Shown in pieces: positions 46,278 to 64,000 of a DNA stretch of 64,000 nt. Numbering within the stretch: position 1 is the first letter of the stretch; every line of letters starts with the position of its first letter. Under the pieces are notes generated by a model. That model worked only from the letters and a program-made list of their open reading frames with translations. It was not told the DNA's origin and searched no databases. The translations under genes were made by a program, and so were the position numbers. Source of the DNA: Escherichia phage heid; sequence record MN850577.1. One strand, given 5' to 3'.

Positions 46278-46793
46278 ATGATTGATATCTACTTACAAGA
46301 TGCTCATGCAGATTTCCTTAAAACGATGCTTAAAAAGTTTATGGCTTCACAGTATGAGAATGAAGCATCTTTTAAAATAGTTACATGTGGCGACGAAGCT
46401 GGTTTTGTTGAGATTGAACATGAAGGTACTGGAAAGACTGTTTGTAAGCTACCTGATAGCATGTTCTCTAAAACGTTCTTAACAAAGACTAGTATAAATG
46501 TTAAGCTTGTTCCTCAGATTGAAACATACTCTGGTACAGATTACCCTAAAGGCTTCAAGTCACTGATGAAACACTTCTTAGATGACTTTGTGAGTAATCT
46601 TCTAAGTGAGGTAACAGAAAGCCGTACAATATTAACTGTAGAGAATCTAGGGAACACTATCAGGGTTACTTCTGACCGATATTCTATGAGTCTCTTAGAC
46701 TTCGTTCCTAAGAACTTTGATGGTATTCTGGATGAAGAAGATGACTGTGTAGACTTTATATTGGTTCTTGAGCCAGTTTTTGAGGTTAAATAG
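46278..46793 (+). CDS. Hypothetical protein (171 aa)
   Basis: ORF. Confidence 0.4.
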   Translation: MIDIYLQDAHADFLKTMLKKFMASQYENEASFKIVTCGDEAGFVEIEHEGTGKTVCKLPDSMFSKTFLTKTSINVKLVPQIETYSGTDYPKGFKSLMKHFLDDFVSNLLSEVTESRTILTVENLGNTIRVTSDRYSMSLLDFVPKNFDGILDEEDDCVDFILVLEPVFEVK

Positions 46794-47054
46794 ATGAAAA
46801 TTGAACACTGCTATGAGTCTGATGGAACACCTATCCGATGTCCACATTGTGGGTGTACAGACTTACAAGGTGAGGTAAGTGAAATAGTCAATGGTCATAT
46901 TGCTGAAGAAAGTACCCGATGCACAGGGTGTAATGAAATTATCGCTTTCTGGGCTTATGGTTCATACCAACCCTCTCCACATTTTATCTACCATCGTAGT
47001 AAATTTGTGAAGAGTGTCATCAACTGGTTCATTAAGAAAGGGTTTACAAAATGA
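46794..47054 (+). CDS. Small zinc-ribbon protein (86 aa)
   Basis: CPHCGC...CTGC pattern. Confidence 0.4.
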   Translation: MKIEHCYESDGTPIRCPHCGCTDLQGEVSEIVNGHIAEESTRCTGCNEIIAFWAYGSYQPSPHFIYHRSKFVKSVINWFIKKGFTK

Positions 47055-47596
47055 TTAAACTAATATTTGCAAGTGGTGAAAACGGTGAATTTGGTACACC
47101 GACTGGTATGCCGTGGCCTCGACATAAACAGGACATGCAAGAGTTTAAGAGACTCACTAAAAATAACTTAGTAGTCATGGGTAATGAGACTTTTAAGACT
47201 CTGGGTAGTAAACCTCTACCAGAACGTGCAAACCTAATCTTAACAAATTCTGTACCATATTTAGGCATAGATTTTGGCAAAGATGATGTAATGTATGCTA
47301 AGGCCAGTAAAGAATCCTTTGGAGCATTTTTGAAGTATCTTGATAGCTCTATTGATGAAGATGTCTTTGTAATTGGTGGTGCAGGTGTTCTTGTCGATGC
47401 TTTGCCGTATGCTGGTGTAGTTTTCCATACAGTTTTCCATAAAGTCACTGAAGAGGCCACTGTGTATTTACCTTTTGAAAACTTCTTCGATAAACTGTAT
47501 GATAACCGTGTGTTTACAAAGGTACAGTCAAAACCATCAGAGGATGGTAAAGCAACTTTTGAAATTTATGTTCCACAAGTAAAAGGACACTTTTGA
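47051..47596 (+). CDS. folA: Dihydrofolate reductase
   Basis: N-terminal LIFASGENGEFG..GMPW and VVMGNETFKTLG..PLPER motifs; adjacent to thymidylate synthase. Confidence 0.7.
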   Translation: MIKLIFASGENGEFGTPTGMPWPRHKQDMQEFKRLTKNNLVVMGNETFKTLGSKPLPERANLILTNSVPYLGIDFGKDDVMYAKASKESFGAFLKYLDSSIDEDVFVIGGAGVLVDALPYAGVVFHTVFHKVTEEATVYLPFENFFDKLYDNRVFTKVQSKPSEDGKATFEIYVPQVKGHF

Positions 47597-47597
47597 T

Positions 47598-48497
47598 ATG
47601 TCACAAGCAGATTTGAGTTACAAAAATATCCTGAACCATGTTTTATCAGTTGGTGAACTGCGTACTACACGAACTGGAGATGTTATCTCTGCTTTTGCTC
47701 CACCAAAATTTCGTTTTGATATGCGTACTGGTTTCCCACTCTTAACATCTAAACAGGTGTTTACACGGCAAGTTATTGGGGAAGCTTTATGGTTCCTGAA
47801 CGGTGAGAATAAACTTGGTGAACTCCGTTACCGTACTTGGGGTGAAAATGATGGGGAACGTTGGACTATCTGGTCAGATGATTTTAAACGCTGGTTAAGC
47901 TCTAACTATTCCTCTGAGCAAGACTGGTTAGAAGATGCAGGTGGAAGAATCTACGGGGTTCAGTGGAGAAACTTTGAAGGTCATAATGGTTGTGTTGTAG
48001 ACCAGTTAGAGACCTTAGTAACGAAGATGAAAGGTGATATCACAGACCGCTACATGCTTGTTAATGCTTGGAATGCAGCAGATATTGCAGCTAACTCAAT
48101 GGCTTTAGCACCTTGCCATGTTCTGTTTCAGATTTATATCACTAACGAGGGTGAAGTTGACTTACAATGGTATCAGCGTTCTGTAGACACCTTTCTAGGG
48201 CTTCCGTTTAATATTGCGTCTTATGGCTTCATCTTAGAAGTTCTTTGTAAGATGACTGGATACACTCCACGATACTTGATAGGTGTCTTTGGAGACACTC
48301 AGATTTACCAGAACCATATGAAGCAGGTTTATGAACTGATGAACAATGAAGAGTTCCATGCACCTACTTTTGAGATTGGTGTACAGCTTAACACCCTAAG
48401 TGACCTTAAACATCTTACTGCAAGTGACTTTATCGGTGGCATTAACAACTACCAACATGCAGGAAAGATTGAAGCGCCTTTGTCAGTAGGCAAGTAA
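47598..48497 (+). CDS. thyA: Thymidylate synthase
   Basis: RTGDV near the N-terminus, active-site region LAPCHVLFQIY, size 299 aa. Confidence 0.8.
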   Translation: MSQADLSYKNILNHVLSVGELRTTRTGDVISAFAPPKFRFDMRTGFPLLTSKQVFTRQVIGEALWFLNGENKLGELRYRTWGENDGERWTIWSDDFKRWLSSNYSSEQDWLEDAGGRIYGVQWRNFEGHNGCVVDQLETLVTKMKGDITDRYMLVNAWNAADIAANSMALAPCHVLFQIYITNEGEVDLQWYQRSVDTFLGLPFNIASYGFILEVLCKMTGYTPRYLIGVFGDTQIYQNHMKQVYELMNNEEFHAPTFEIGVQLNTLSDLKHLTASDFIGGINNYQHAGKIEAPLSVGK

Positions 48498-48498
48498 A

Positions 48499-48533
48499 AC
48501 AAAAAAGGCTCCCGTAAAAAGGAGCCTTAAAAT
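48499..48533. terminator. Bidirectional intrinsic terminator between convergent genes
   Basis: AAGGCTCC-loop-GGAGCCTT hairpin flanked by an A-run and a T-run. Confidence 0.6.
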
Positions 48534-48534
48534 T

Positions 48535-48906
48535 TTATTTTTCAGTATTCTTTGTGTTCTTCTCAGTAATAGCTTGCAAGGCTGATACTGATTGAGCCAG
48601 ATTGTTCACACTGTCAGAGAATTTATCAAGAGTTTTGGTAAGTTTTGCGTTTTCACCCTTAACATTCTCTAACTGAACTTTCTGGTTCTCCATCCCTAGC
48701 TGAATCAGTCTCATGTCAGACTGTAAATCACGAATAGCTGAATAGTTACTTTTGGAATAATTATCTAGCTGCTGTAACTTTGTTGTGACAGACACTTCTT
48801 GCTTACCACTTGAAACTTGCATAGTGGTATACATCCCAATAACACTAAAAATACCAACTACAATTGCACCAATATTATTTTTAAAAGCTTCCTCTAGCCA
48901 CTTCAT
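48535..48906 (-). CDS. Membrane-anchored coiled-coil protein (123 aa)
   Basis: N-terminal TM segment. Confidence 0.4.
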   Translation of the reverse strand: MKWLEEAFKNNIGAIVVGIFSVIGMYTTMQVSSGKQEVSVTTKLQQLDNYSKSNYSAIRDLQSDMRLIQLGMENQKVQLENVKGENAKLTKTLDKFSDSVNNLAQSVSALQAITEKNTKNTEK

Positions 48907-49101
48907 TTATTTCTCCCCCTTAAAAGCTTTTTCTAAGTTATCTACGAACTCATCATCAATAGGTGTGTCTGTTTTACTCGCAAGGTATCTTGCAAGCTTA
49001 AAGAACACTTTCTCAATCATGTATTCACTTAGAAGGGATAAAATGAGTTTCCAGAAGAAGCTACCTAGATTTTTTAGAAGAATTGCTAGGATTGTAGGCA
49101 T
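48907..49101 (-). CDS. Small hydrophobic protein (64 aa)
   Basis: ORF. Confidence 0.35.
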   Translation of the reverse strand: MPTILAILLKNLGSFFWKLILSLLSEYMIEKVFFKLARYLASKTDTPIDDEFVDNLEKAFKGEK

Positions 49102-49180
49102 TTAATCACCTCATCAGCCAAGATGGTGAGAATACCTATAAAGAATATTAACACCATCTTAACAATCAGTCAACAAGGGA

Positions 49181-51532
49181 TTAAGCAGTTCTTACCCAAG
49201 CCATTAACTTGTAGAACTGGTTAGTAACACTAAATGCTGAACCAGAACCTGTACCACCAGTGTTACCACTAACTGTATGAGTGTGAGCACCGATACCTAC
49301 ACTGTGAGCATGGTTACCAGCAGAAGCGGCAGTACCACTTACAGAGTGGGTGTGAGCACCGTTAGCATCGGTGTAACCCGGTCCTACACCAATACTACCA
49401 CCACCACCACCAGAGTAGTGTGTAGAGTTCTGACCAATCCACGAAATGGAATGGTTGTGGTTACCAGCAGATGAAGTAGAGCCACTTACAGAGTGAGCGT
49501 GAGCACCAGTCGTGTTAGTGTTTTTTGTTCCGTAGTCAAAAGATGAAGTGGTAGCAGAAAAACTGTGAGTGTGTGATGGTAAGTTACCAACAGCTAACGT
49601 CACAGAATCTGAACCACCTGTTGTAGCAACATCTGAACCGTTAGCTGCTGCAACCCTGATAGTTCTACCAACACCGTTGTTCAGATACGTCCAAGTTAGA
49701 CCAGGCAGTGCTGTATTAGGGTTAACATTGCTGTTAAACCATGTCACAATACCTACTGGATAGATTTTGTTAAGGTCTGTAGAGTCACTTACTGCCTGTG
49801 CAATCTTCTGGTCAGTTTCAGTTTTAGTGTATGCACCAAGCTCTGAAGGGGTTGGCTTCTGAGCCTCTGTGTAAACCTTAGACCACTTAGCCTCAAAACC
49901 TTTACTGTCTACAGATGTTCTGTACCACATCCCACCATTTTTATACTGGAACTTTAGTTGCGCACAGGCAGTAGAAGATGGCACCGCCTGATACATTTGA
50001 AACACAAGTGCTGTGTAATCAGCATTTGTTGAGGTTACATTATATAAGCCTGTTTTAGCGTTCCATGCCACACCATCTGCATTCTGCTCTGTAGCTTCTC
50101 CTGTAGAACCTGCAACCATGAATCTCTGATTAGCTGCTGACTGAGTGAAGTATCTAGCATCTAAGTTAGACCAATCAGAAGGTTTTACCTGTCCAGTAAT
50201 CTGTAGAGATTTAGACAGAAGAACTTCGTCAGCTAAGTCGAGTCTTGCACCAGTCAAGTAGTTATGGAATGATGCCGTACCAGAACCATTAGTACCACAA
50301 CCGATAAACCACTTATTTGTGTTATCAGTATTCTTACCAACAATGTAAGAAGAATTATTCTGAGCCTTGCTGTAGATTCTTAATGCTTCACCATCAGATT
50401 GAATATTCTGCTGTAAAGTGAATGTGTTAGCTTCATTCTTCTTAGCAAGATTTGCGTATGAACCGATAAGAACATAACGAGAGTCAATGTTAGTCCAGTC
50501 AGAAGGTTGAACTTGACCAGTTACAGTTAGTGTTTTATTGATATTAACACTTGTCCCTACAGTAATCTTGCCACTAGTTTTGTAGTTTTCTAGAGATACG
50601 TTATCACCTTCGTTACTATTACCAATGTACCATCTGTTGACACCTGTGCTATCAATCGCCTTAATGTACAATGGTTGTGCAGCATTGGCATTCTGTAGCC
50701 TAATTGCTTCACCATCTTTTTTGAAAACACTTAGTTGGTTGAATGTGTTTAAACCACTGAATGTGTTATTACCAACTAGCTGCGCAAATCTCTGATTAGC
50801 TGCTGTCTGAGTAAAGTATCTAGCATCTAAGTTAGAGAAGTCAGAAGGTTGAACCTGTCCAGTAATAGCAAGAGCCTTATTAACAGACACAATTGCACCT
50901 AGAGTGATTCTTGAACCTCTGCTGTTTTCGAGATGAACATCAAGACTTCCTTGAGTTAGATTCCCAACAGCCCAAGTTTTATCATTATTGGCATTTCGAC
51001 CTACAATAGCAGAGTATGCCTCACTTGCACCCGCAGGGGTCTTCAGTGTCAACTGCTCACCATTTGCTACGACACTCTGTTTAGCTTGGAATGAGTTTGT
51101 AACAGCAAGTCTTGCATATCTTGCATCATTCTCTTCATCAGTTCTCATCCCAAGTTCATTAGGACTTGGCTTATTAAGAGTATGATAAACAGTTGCAGAC
51201 CTTGAAGCATCTGCAATAGTTAGTTTAAGGCCATTTGCATTGATTTTAAAAGCCTTTAAAACATCCCCCATAGTAATCTCAGAAGAACCTGTAGGGTCAA
51301 ATACTGCCTTACCACCATAAAGTAACTTGACAATTCCTAAGTCACCCGTCATAGTGCTACCAGCAATCTGGACAAACCTTTCTAGTTTAAAAGATGCTAA
51401 GAAGTCTTGATAGGTCATTCGACGGTCTTCATCACCCAGCATTTCAGGTCTCTTTTTAACCCTGACATGAAGGAGGTCGTCTGAACGAATTGTATCAATT
51501 GAGTTTAACTCACTCAACTTGTAATCTGCCAT
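49181..51532 (-). CDS. Tail fiber protein (783 aa) with three internal repeats and C-terminal His-box repeats
   Basis: Triplicated segment ...ITGQVQPSDW(S/T)N(L/I)D(A/S)RY...; HxH boxes (GAHAHSVSG, GNHNHS, GAHTHSVSG); C-terminus shared with 51579-52727. Confidence 0.65.
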   Translation of the reverse strand: MADYKLSELNSIDTIRSDDLLHVRVKKRPEMLGDEDRRMTYQDFLASFKLERFVQIAGSTMTGDLGIVKLLYGGKAVFDPTGSSEITMGDVLKAFKINANGLKLTIADASRSATVYHTLNKPSPNELGMRTDEENDARYARLAVTNSFQAKQSVVANGEQLTLKTPAGASEAYSAIVGRNANNDKTWAVGNLTQGSLDVHLENSRGSRITLGAIVSVNKALAITGQVQPSDFSNLDARYFTQTAANQRFAQLVGNNTFSGLNTFNQLSVFKKDGEAIRLQNANAAQPLYIKAIDSTGVNRWYIGNSNEGDNVSLENYKTSGKITVGTSVNINKTLTVTGQVQPSDWTNIDSRYVLIGSYANLAKKNEANTFTLQQNIQSDGEALRIYSKAQNNSSYIVGKNTDNTNKWFIGCGTNGSGTASFHNYLTGARLDLADEVLLSKSLQITGQVKPSDWSNLDARYFTQSAANQRFMVAGSTGEATEQNADGVAWNAKTGLYNVTSTNADYTALVFQMYQAVPSSTACAQLKFQYKNGGMWYRTSVDSKGFEAKWSKVYTEAQKPTPSELGAYTKTETDQKIAQAVSDSTDLNKIYPVGIVTWFNSNVNPNTALPGLTWTYLNNGVGRTIRVAAANGSDVATTGGSDSVTLAVGNLPSHTHSFSATTSSFDYGTKNTNTTGAHAHSVSGSTSSAGNHNHSISWIGQNSTHYSGGGGGSIGVGPGYTDANGAHTHSVSGTAASAGNHAHSVGIGAHTHTVSGNTGGTGSGSAFSVTNQFYKLMAWVRTA

Positions 51533-51545
51533 TATAAATTTTCCT

Positions 51546-51569
51546 CTTAAAAGGGGCTATACAGCCCCT
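51546..51569 (-). terminator. Intrinsic terminator between the two fiber genes
   Basis: AGGGGCT-ATAC-AGCCCCT hairpin followed on the minus strand by a U-run. Confidence 0.5.
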
Positions 51570-51578
51570 GTAAAGAAA

Positions 51579-52727
51579 TTAAGCTGTTCTCTGCCATACA
51601 TACAATACGAAGGATGGCTGTTCAACGCTAAATGCTTGACCAGAACCAGTTGTGCCAGTTGTGCCAGAGTGCGAATGCTCACCTGCTCCGGTTACTGTTA
51701 CTGTTGCTGAGTGGCTGTGGGAACCAATTGCAACAGAATGGCTATGAGCACCAATACCAACTGTGTGATTATGCGCACCAATTGCTACAGAGTGAGTGTG
51801 GTTGTTAGCTGTTGTCAGCGTAGCTCTTGGGTCATAGCTTGCCCCCTCAACTGATAAACCTCTCCAACCACCATCAGCATAACCACGATTAATGAATGTT
51901 GTTTGTGTTAAACCAGCAGCACTGGTTGTTCTGTTACCATAGTCATAAGTAGATACAGTCTTTGTTCCATAGTCAAACGTTGTAGTCCCTTTAGTACCGT
52001 AGTCAAAAGCACTGATAGAGGCCGTTGCACCGTGTGTGTGACCACCACCAGTGACGTATACTGAGTGAGTATGTGCAGGAATGTTGTTAACTGTCAGTGC
52101 AGTAGTCTGCGAACCAAACGTTGAACCAACTGGCCTAGAAGCACTATCATAACCTACAAGTGCTCTTCCTTTTGAAACTAACTCCCAAGTACCTCCACAA
52201 ATTAAATATGTAGAAGGGTTTGCAGGATTCATAGAGAGATGGATAGTACCTACTGGATAAGAAGCCTGAACAGCCTTGTACAAGTTATTTACTGCTCTTG
52301 CTGTAGCATACTTATCTGCATCCTCGTTATAAAGGTTAGATGTCACCCAGTTCTGAACATTACTTAACCCAACCTGTGCCTTAGTGGTATTGTGTGGGTT
52401 GCTCTTATCATCAATATGTTGTTGAATAAGATTATTAACCTCTTCTGAAGACATAATCTGTAGATTTGCTCTTGCCTCAGCTACATTAACAATGTCTGAT
52501 AAGTTATTTTCAGCAACTAACTGGAGAGCATTAATAACGTTATCTAAACCAATTTGTGTCTTAGTAACACCATGTGGGTTATTTCTTAGGCTTGAGTGTG
52601 GAGCAAGTAATTGCTCAAGAGTGCATCTCTTATCCTCGATACCCTGTTTAAGATGGAAGATATCACTAAGGTCAATTGGTAAGGCTGCTTGAGGCAAGGC
52701 ACTAATTTGAATTTCACCTACTGCCAT
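51579..52727 (-). CDS. Second tail fiber protein (382 aa) sharing the His-box C-terminal domain
   Basis: HTHS/HNHT/HSHS boxes and C-terminus ...GSGQAFSVEQPSFVLYVWQRTA paralogous to the 783-aa fiber. Confidence 0.6.
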   Translation of the reverse strand: MAVGEIQISALPQAALPIDLSDIFHLKQGIEDKRCTLEQLLAPHSSLRNNPHGVTKTQIGLDNVINALQLVAENNLSDIVNVAEARANLQIMSSEEVNNLIQQHIDDKSNPHNTTKAQVGLSNVQNWVTSNLYNEDADKYATARAVNNLYKAVQASYPVGTIHLSMNPANPSTYLICGGTWELVSKGRALVGYDSASRPVGSTFGSQTTALTVNNIPAHTHSVYVTGGGHTHGATASISAFDYGTKGTTTFDYGTKTVSTYDYGNRTTSAAGLTQTTFINRGYADGGWRGLSVEGASYDPRATLTTANNHTHSVAIGAHNHTVGIGAHSHSVAIGSHSHSATVTVTGAGEHSHSGTTGTTGSGQAFSVEQPSFVLYVWQRTA

Positions 52728-52729
52728 TA

Positions 52730-60745
<8,016 letters not shown>

Positions 60746-60746
<1 letters not shown>

Positions 60747-60985
60747 TACATTTTTCCTGCTCTTCTAAGTTCGTTGTAAGCAATTTCCTCTTTATACGAC
60801 CTCTGAATCTCAAGAAATTGTCTCAATGATAATAAATCAGAGAATGTCATAGCAAAGAGTTGGTCAAGTGTTTCTTTACACCCTTCCATACCATAAATAG
60901 CAAGCACAAATTTCATCTCGTCTGCTTCTTCATAGGTTGCCTCTACAGCAGCATCAGTTAGTGGTGTCTGTAGAGTGTTACCCAT
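60746..60985 (-). CDS. Tail assembly chaperone (second of pair)
   Basis: Small ORF between the tube-chaperone gene and the tape measure. Confidence 0.45.
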
Positions 60986-60987
60986 GT

Positions 60988-61386
60988 TTACTGAGAAGTT
61001 AGGCTTTTGAAAATGCTTGCTTCGAAAAAACTTCCGAAGTTTGCCTCCAGCGCAAATGCTAAGTAATCAATAAACTCACCGTAGTTTGCTTGGAAGTACG
61101 TATCAATATTAAGTGGGAAGTCATCAACAGTTGCCCCTTGAAACAGCAGGGTAGCCATCTCTTCAAGGTTAATTTCTTCAATTCTGTCAAAACAAGCTTC
61201 AACAAGTTCTTTAAATGGAACCATTGGAGCTTCTTTCTTACCCTTGTCAGTCAGACTTGATAGCATCTGTGCAAAGGTTGGGACAACAATCTTACCCAAC
61301 TTCATAGACATCTTAATACCATCTCTTGCCCCAAGCAGAACGATATTTACTTTCTTACCATTAATTACTCTAGATTCTGTTTTCAT
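60988..61386 (-). CDS. Tail assembly chaperone
   Basis: 132-aa ORF immediately downstream of the tube gene. Confidence 0.45.
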   Translation of the reverse strand: MKTESRVINGKKVNIVLLGARDGIKMSMKLGKIVVPTFAQMLSSLTDKGKKEAPMVPFKELVEACFDRIEEINLEEMATLLFQGATVDDFPLNIDTYFQANYGEFIDYLAFALEANFGSFFEASIFKSLTSQ

Positions 61387-61410
61387 TGTGATTCCTTAAT
61401 ACTTTAAAAG

Positions 61411-61446
61411 AAACAAAAAAGGGGAAGACCTTTTAAAGTCTCCCCC
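61411..61446 (-). terminator. Intrinsic terminator after the tail tube gene
   Basis: GGGGAAGAC...GTCTCCCCC hairpin followed on the minus strand by a U-run. Confidence 0.5.
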
Positions 61447-61458
61447 TTATAGGATTTA

Positions 61459-61905
61459 TTAAACACTTGACGCTGGAATTGTAGAAGTGTAGTCTAACTT
61501 CTCACAACCAAAAATCCAAGTTTTAGAGTTCTGGTCACGACCAAGTTCAATCTGTGGTAACTCCTGCAACCAAGCGTTAATACCAGTTGCCAGAACAGAG
61601 CCTGATGGGTCGTAGATTACGAAGTTAGAAGAGATATCTTCTTCAAGTTCCATATTGTCTTGTTTAGCTTGAATTGCAGAAAGCATCTGGTTAGAGAGAG
61701 AAGTCTGCATTAGCTCAATCTCAATAGTACCTGTCTTGTCTGCATTTCGTGTCAGAGCAACCTGACCACCTGCACCAACAACTGGTGTCACAAGTGGTGA
61801 TGTTCTCTGTAGACGCAAGAATGAGTCTGGAGCAAAGCCTTCAATAGCAATGCCGTTCCAGCTACATACAACGTCTTTAGGGGAATATTGCTGATACATA
61901 GCCAT
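61459..61905 (-). CDS. Tail tube protein
   Basis: 148 aa immediately downstream of the sheath gene. Confidence 0.6.
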   Translation of the reverse strand: MAMYQQYSPKDVVCSWNGIAIEGFAPDSFLRLQRTSPLVTPVVGAGGQVALTRNADKTGTIEIELMQTSLSNQMLSAIQAKQDNMELEEDISSNFVIYDPSGSVLATGINAWLQELPQIELGRDQNSKTWIFGCEKLDYTSTIPASSV

Positions 61906-61920
61906 TCCAATTTACCTCTA

Positions 61921-63273
61921 TTATTCGTAAGCCACTGTACCTTTCAAGTCAACATCCAAGATAGCCCCTGCTAAGATACCTGCGAAGGTAACATCTTTCA
62001 GGATACGTGCTTTCTTGTCTGCTAAAGCAACTTGAGAGGCTTTAGGAACATTAACTGTGTAAGATGACAGGAAGTTTCTGTTGACTGCTCTTTGCAGAGA
62101 GGTTTCAATGACTTGACGAATACGGGTAATACCAGTATCATCATAAGTAATCTTACCACCCTTCTGGTTAATTAGCAAGTCTCTCAGAGAAGTTTTCAGG
62201 TCTGATTCTAACCAGTCAACACCACGGACGATATCAATCCATTCCCCACCAGAAGTAATCCCTCTACGAACCACTGGAACACCACCATCAAGGTCAATAA
62301 AGTTACAGTGACGAACATCTAAAGCAGACTTCTGAATACTTGTCAGAGGTCTCTGATTAGATGGTTGTAGAGAAGCTGCTACGCCAGTTAGCTGAGCATT
62401 ACCCCAAGCAATTGAGCCTGCATCATATGGAGCACCATAAGCAATGTATGCCATCTCTGGATAATCTTCTGCTGCTGCGTGATGCCACAAGCAAACTGTA
62501 CGAGTGTACATATTCTTAGCAAGCTGTGCTGGAACATCATTTGCACTGGCTAATTCTGTACCTTGTAGGGCTGTTACATCGGAGTTAGCCGTAAAGAAGA
62601 TTTTCTTACGAGCCTGAATCTCAGAAGCCATTGCTAAGACAAACTGTTGAGTTCTGTCTTCTGCTGCAATGAAATACCAGTCAGTAGAGTAAGCTTCGAT
62701 AGCTGCCAGAGCAGTTGCTGCTGTATCAGCAGTTGTACTTGCAATATATACAGTCTGTGCTGTGGTTGTTACTTTCACAAAGTCATTATCACCAGCTTTG
62801 GTAATAATCATTGTGGCAGAGCCATTGCTACCAGTTACATTCACAGAAACCTTATCTTTGATTGTTGGGTCAGCTTCAATCTGTGTTTTAAACTGTTGCA
62901 ACACTACCTCAGCAGTGTCTGAATCTTGTGCTGTGTACTGGTATGGTTGAGAAATTCCACCGCCAACAGCTACAGTAATTGAGTAGTCTGTACTTTCGGT
63001 AACGGCATCAGGAATTGATACAGTGTACTGCATAGCGCGTCTACCGATATAAAGCTGAGTTACTTTAGGAGTCTGACTCCAAAGTTGTTTAGCAGCCTTA
63101 TATGCAGCAGTATTCTCATCGAAATCTTCAGCAACTTCAGTTAAGGAAGTGTAACCACGTACTCTTTCTTCAAAGTTATCTGTTGAAGCTAAGAATAGTG
63201 GCAAACCAAAACCTTCTCTTGTAGTTCCTGCGGTGTTCAATGTAATATCTACATTAACAATTGGATTCCACAT
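61921..63273 (-). CDS. Contractile tail sheath protein
   Basis: 450 aa; position upstream of tube, chaperones and tape measure. Confidence 0.6.
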   Translation of the reverse strand: MWNPIVNVDITLNTAGTTREGFGLPLFLASTDNFEERVRGYTSLTEVAEDFDENTAAYKAAKQLWSQTPKVTQLYIGRRAMQYTVSIPDAVTESTDYSITVAVGGGISQPYQYTAQDSDTAEVVLQQFKTQIEADPTIKDKVSVNVTGSNGSATMIITKAGDNDFVKVTTTAQTVYIASTTADTAATALAAIEAYSTDWYFIAAEDRTQQFVLAMASEIQARKKIFFTANSDVTALQGTELASANDVPAQLAKNMYTRTVCLWHHAAAEDYPEMAYIAYGAPYDAGSIAWGNAQLTGVAASLQPSNQRPLTSIQKSALDVRHCNFIDLDGGVPVVRRGITSGGEWIDIVRGVDWLESDLKTSLRDLLINQKGGKITYDDTGITRIRQVIETSLQRAVNRNFLSSYTVNVPKASQVALADKKARILKDVTFAGILAGAILDVDLKGTVAYE

Positions 63274-63873
63274 TTATTTTACCCCTTTGGAGTCTACATC
63301 TAGATGGATAGTATATTCTGGTGGCTCTTGTCCTTCTTCATAAACCAACTCACCATCAACAATGACACGCTCAATAATACTTCCACGTTCATCCTTCAGG
63401 ACTGAGTTTTTTACAAGAGTTACAACAAGAGGTGCAGAATTTTCGAAATCTGTATTGAGATAAGTATAGTCATTCGGGATAGCTCCAGTGTCTAGTACTG
63501 TAGCTCCTGTTTCTTCAAGGATTAAATCTCTGACTGAACTCATCTCTAATCGTTGTTTAAGCTCAAGCATAATACTGTGAGCACCTTTACCATTCACCGT
63601 AATTAATACTGGAATCTGAAAAGCAATTCTGTAGCAAACTACATCATCCTCAACAAACTTATCAAGAACCCAACCATAAGGTGTTGCAGCATCTTGACAA
63701 TATACGGTAATAAATGGCTGGTCAGGTTTTAAACCTTTGTCATTTGAGTTATCAGAAGGGTAAGCTCTAATTACATTTGGTCTATTATTTTTATCACGAG
63801 CTAGTCTGTGACCAATAACACCCACTAAGGTTCTAACTAGACCTTTTTCAAGTTCTGCTGTTTCTAACTGCAT
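63274..63873 (-). CDS. Tail completion / neck-proximal protein (199 aa)
   Basis: Position immediately upstream of the sheath gene. Confidence 0.35.
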   Translation of the reverse strand: MQLETAELEKGLVRTLVGVIGHRLARDKNNRPNVIRAYPSDNSNDKGLKPDQPFITVYCQDAATPYGWVLDKFVEDDVVCYRIAFQIPVLITVNGKGAHSIMLELKQRLEMSSVRDLILEETGATVLDTGAIPNDYTYLNTDFENSAPLVVTLVKNSVLKDERGSIIERVIVDGELVYEEGQEPPEYTIHLDVDSKGVK

Positions 63874-64000
63874 TCATTTTATCCCTTCTAATAATGATAT
63901 ATTCATAATGGGATGTATGGGCTAATTGCTGTGACCAATCCATAGTCATAAATACTTCATACTCATGACCATCAATCATAACAATATCAGACTCATTCCA

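Overview
This window looks like part of a large, AT-rich lytic myovirus genome, with three blocks of genes. Block 1 (1293-37033, minus strand) is an early/metabolic/replication region. It starts with 13 small ORFs, each behind its own sigma70-like promoter, with two families of conserved intergenic elements. It then carries a macro-domain-like protein, a spanin-like pair, a signal-peptide lytic transglycosylase, rIIA/rIIB-like genes, a NAMPT-like plus PRPP-synthetase-like NAD+ salvage pair, class III and class Ia ribonucleotide reductases, homing-endonuclease-like genes, a FEN-like nuclease, an SSB, a T7-gp4-like primase-helicase and a dNMP kinase. Block 2 (37291-48497, plus strand) carries a family A DNA polymerase, an HNH-AP2 endonuclease overlapping its stop, an ATP-dependent DNA ligase, a two-gene cassette flanked by G+T-rich structured repeat arrays, small genes including an HTH regulator, then DHFR and thymidylate synthase. 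Block 3 (48535-63873, minus strand) is a P2/Mu-type contractile tail module: sheath, tube, chaperones, tape measure, baseplate and two tail fibers. The gene content resembles Felix-O1-like phages, but that is inference from memory, not a database result. Head and packaging genes lie outside the window. No tRNA, rRNA or CRISPR array was found by eye. The most unusual features are the G+T-rich repeat arrays around 43455-44500, the TTAACA-rich non-coding region at 1-1228, the repeat and G-tract region at 6750-7173, and the highly regular early promoter elements. All coordinates were read by eye and may be off by a few nucleotides; product calls rest on motif recognition only.
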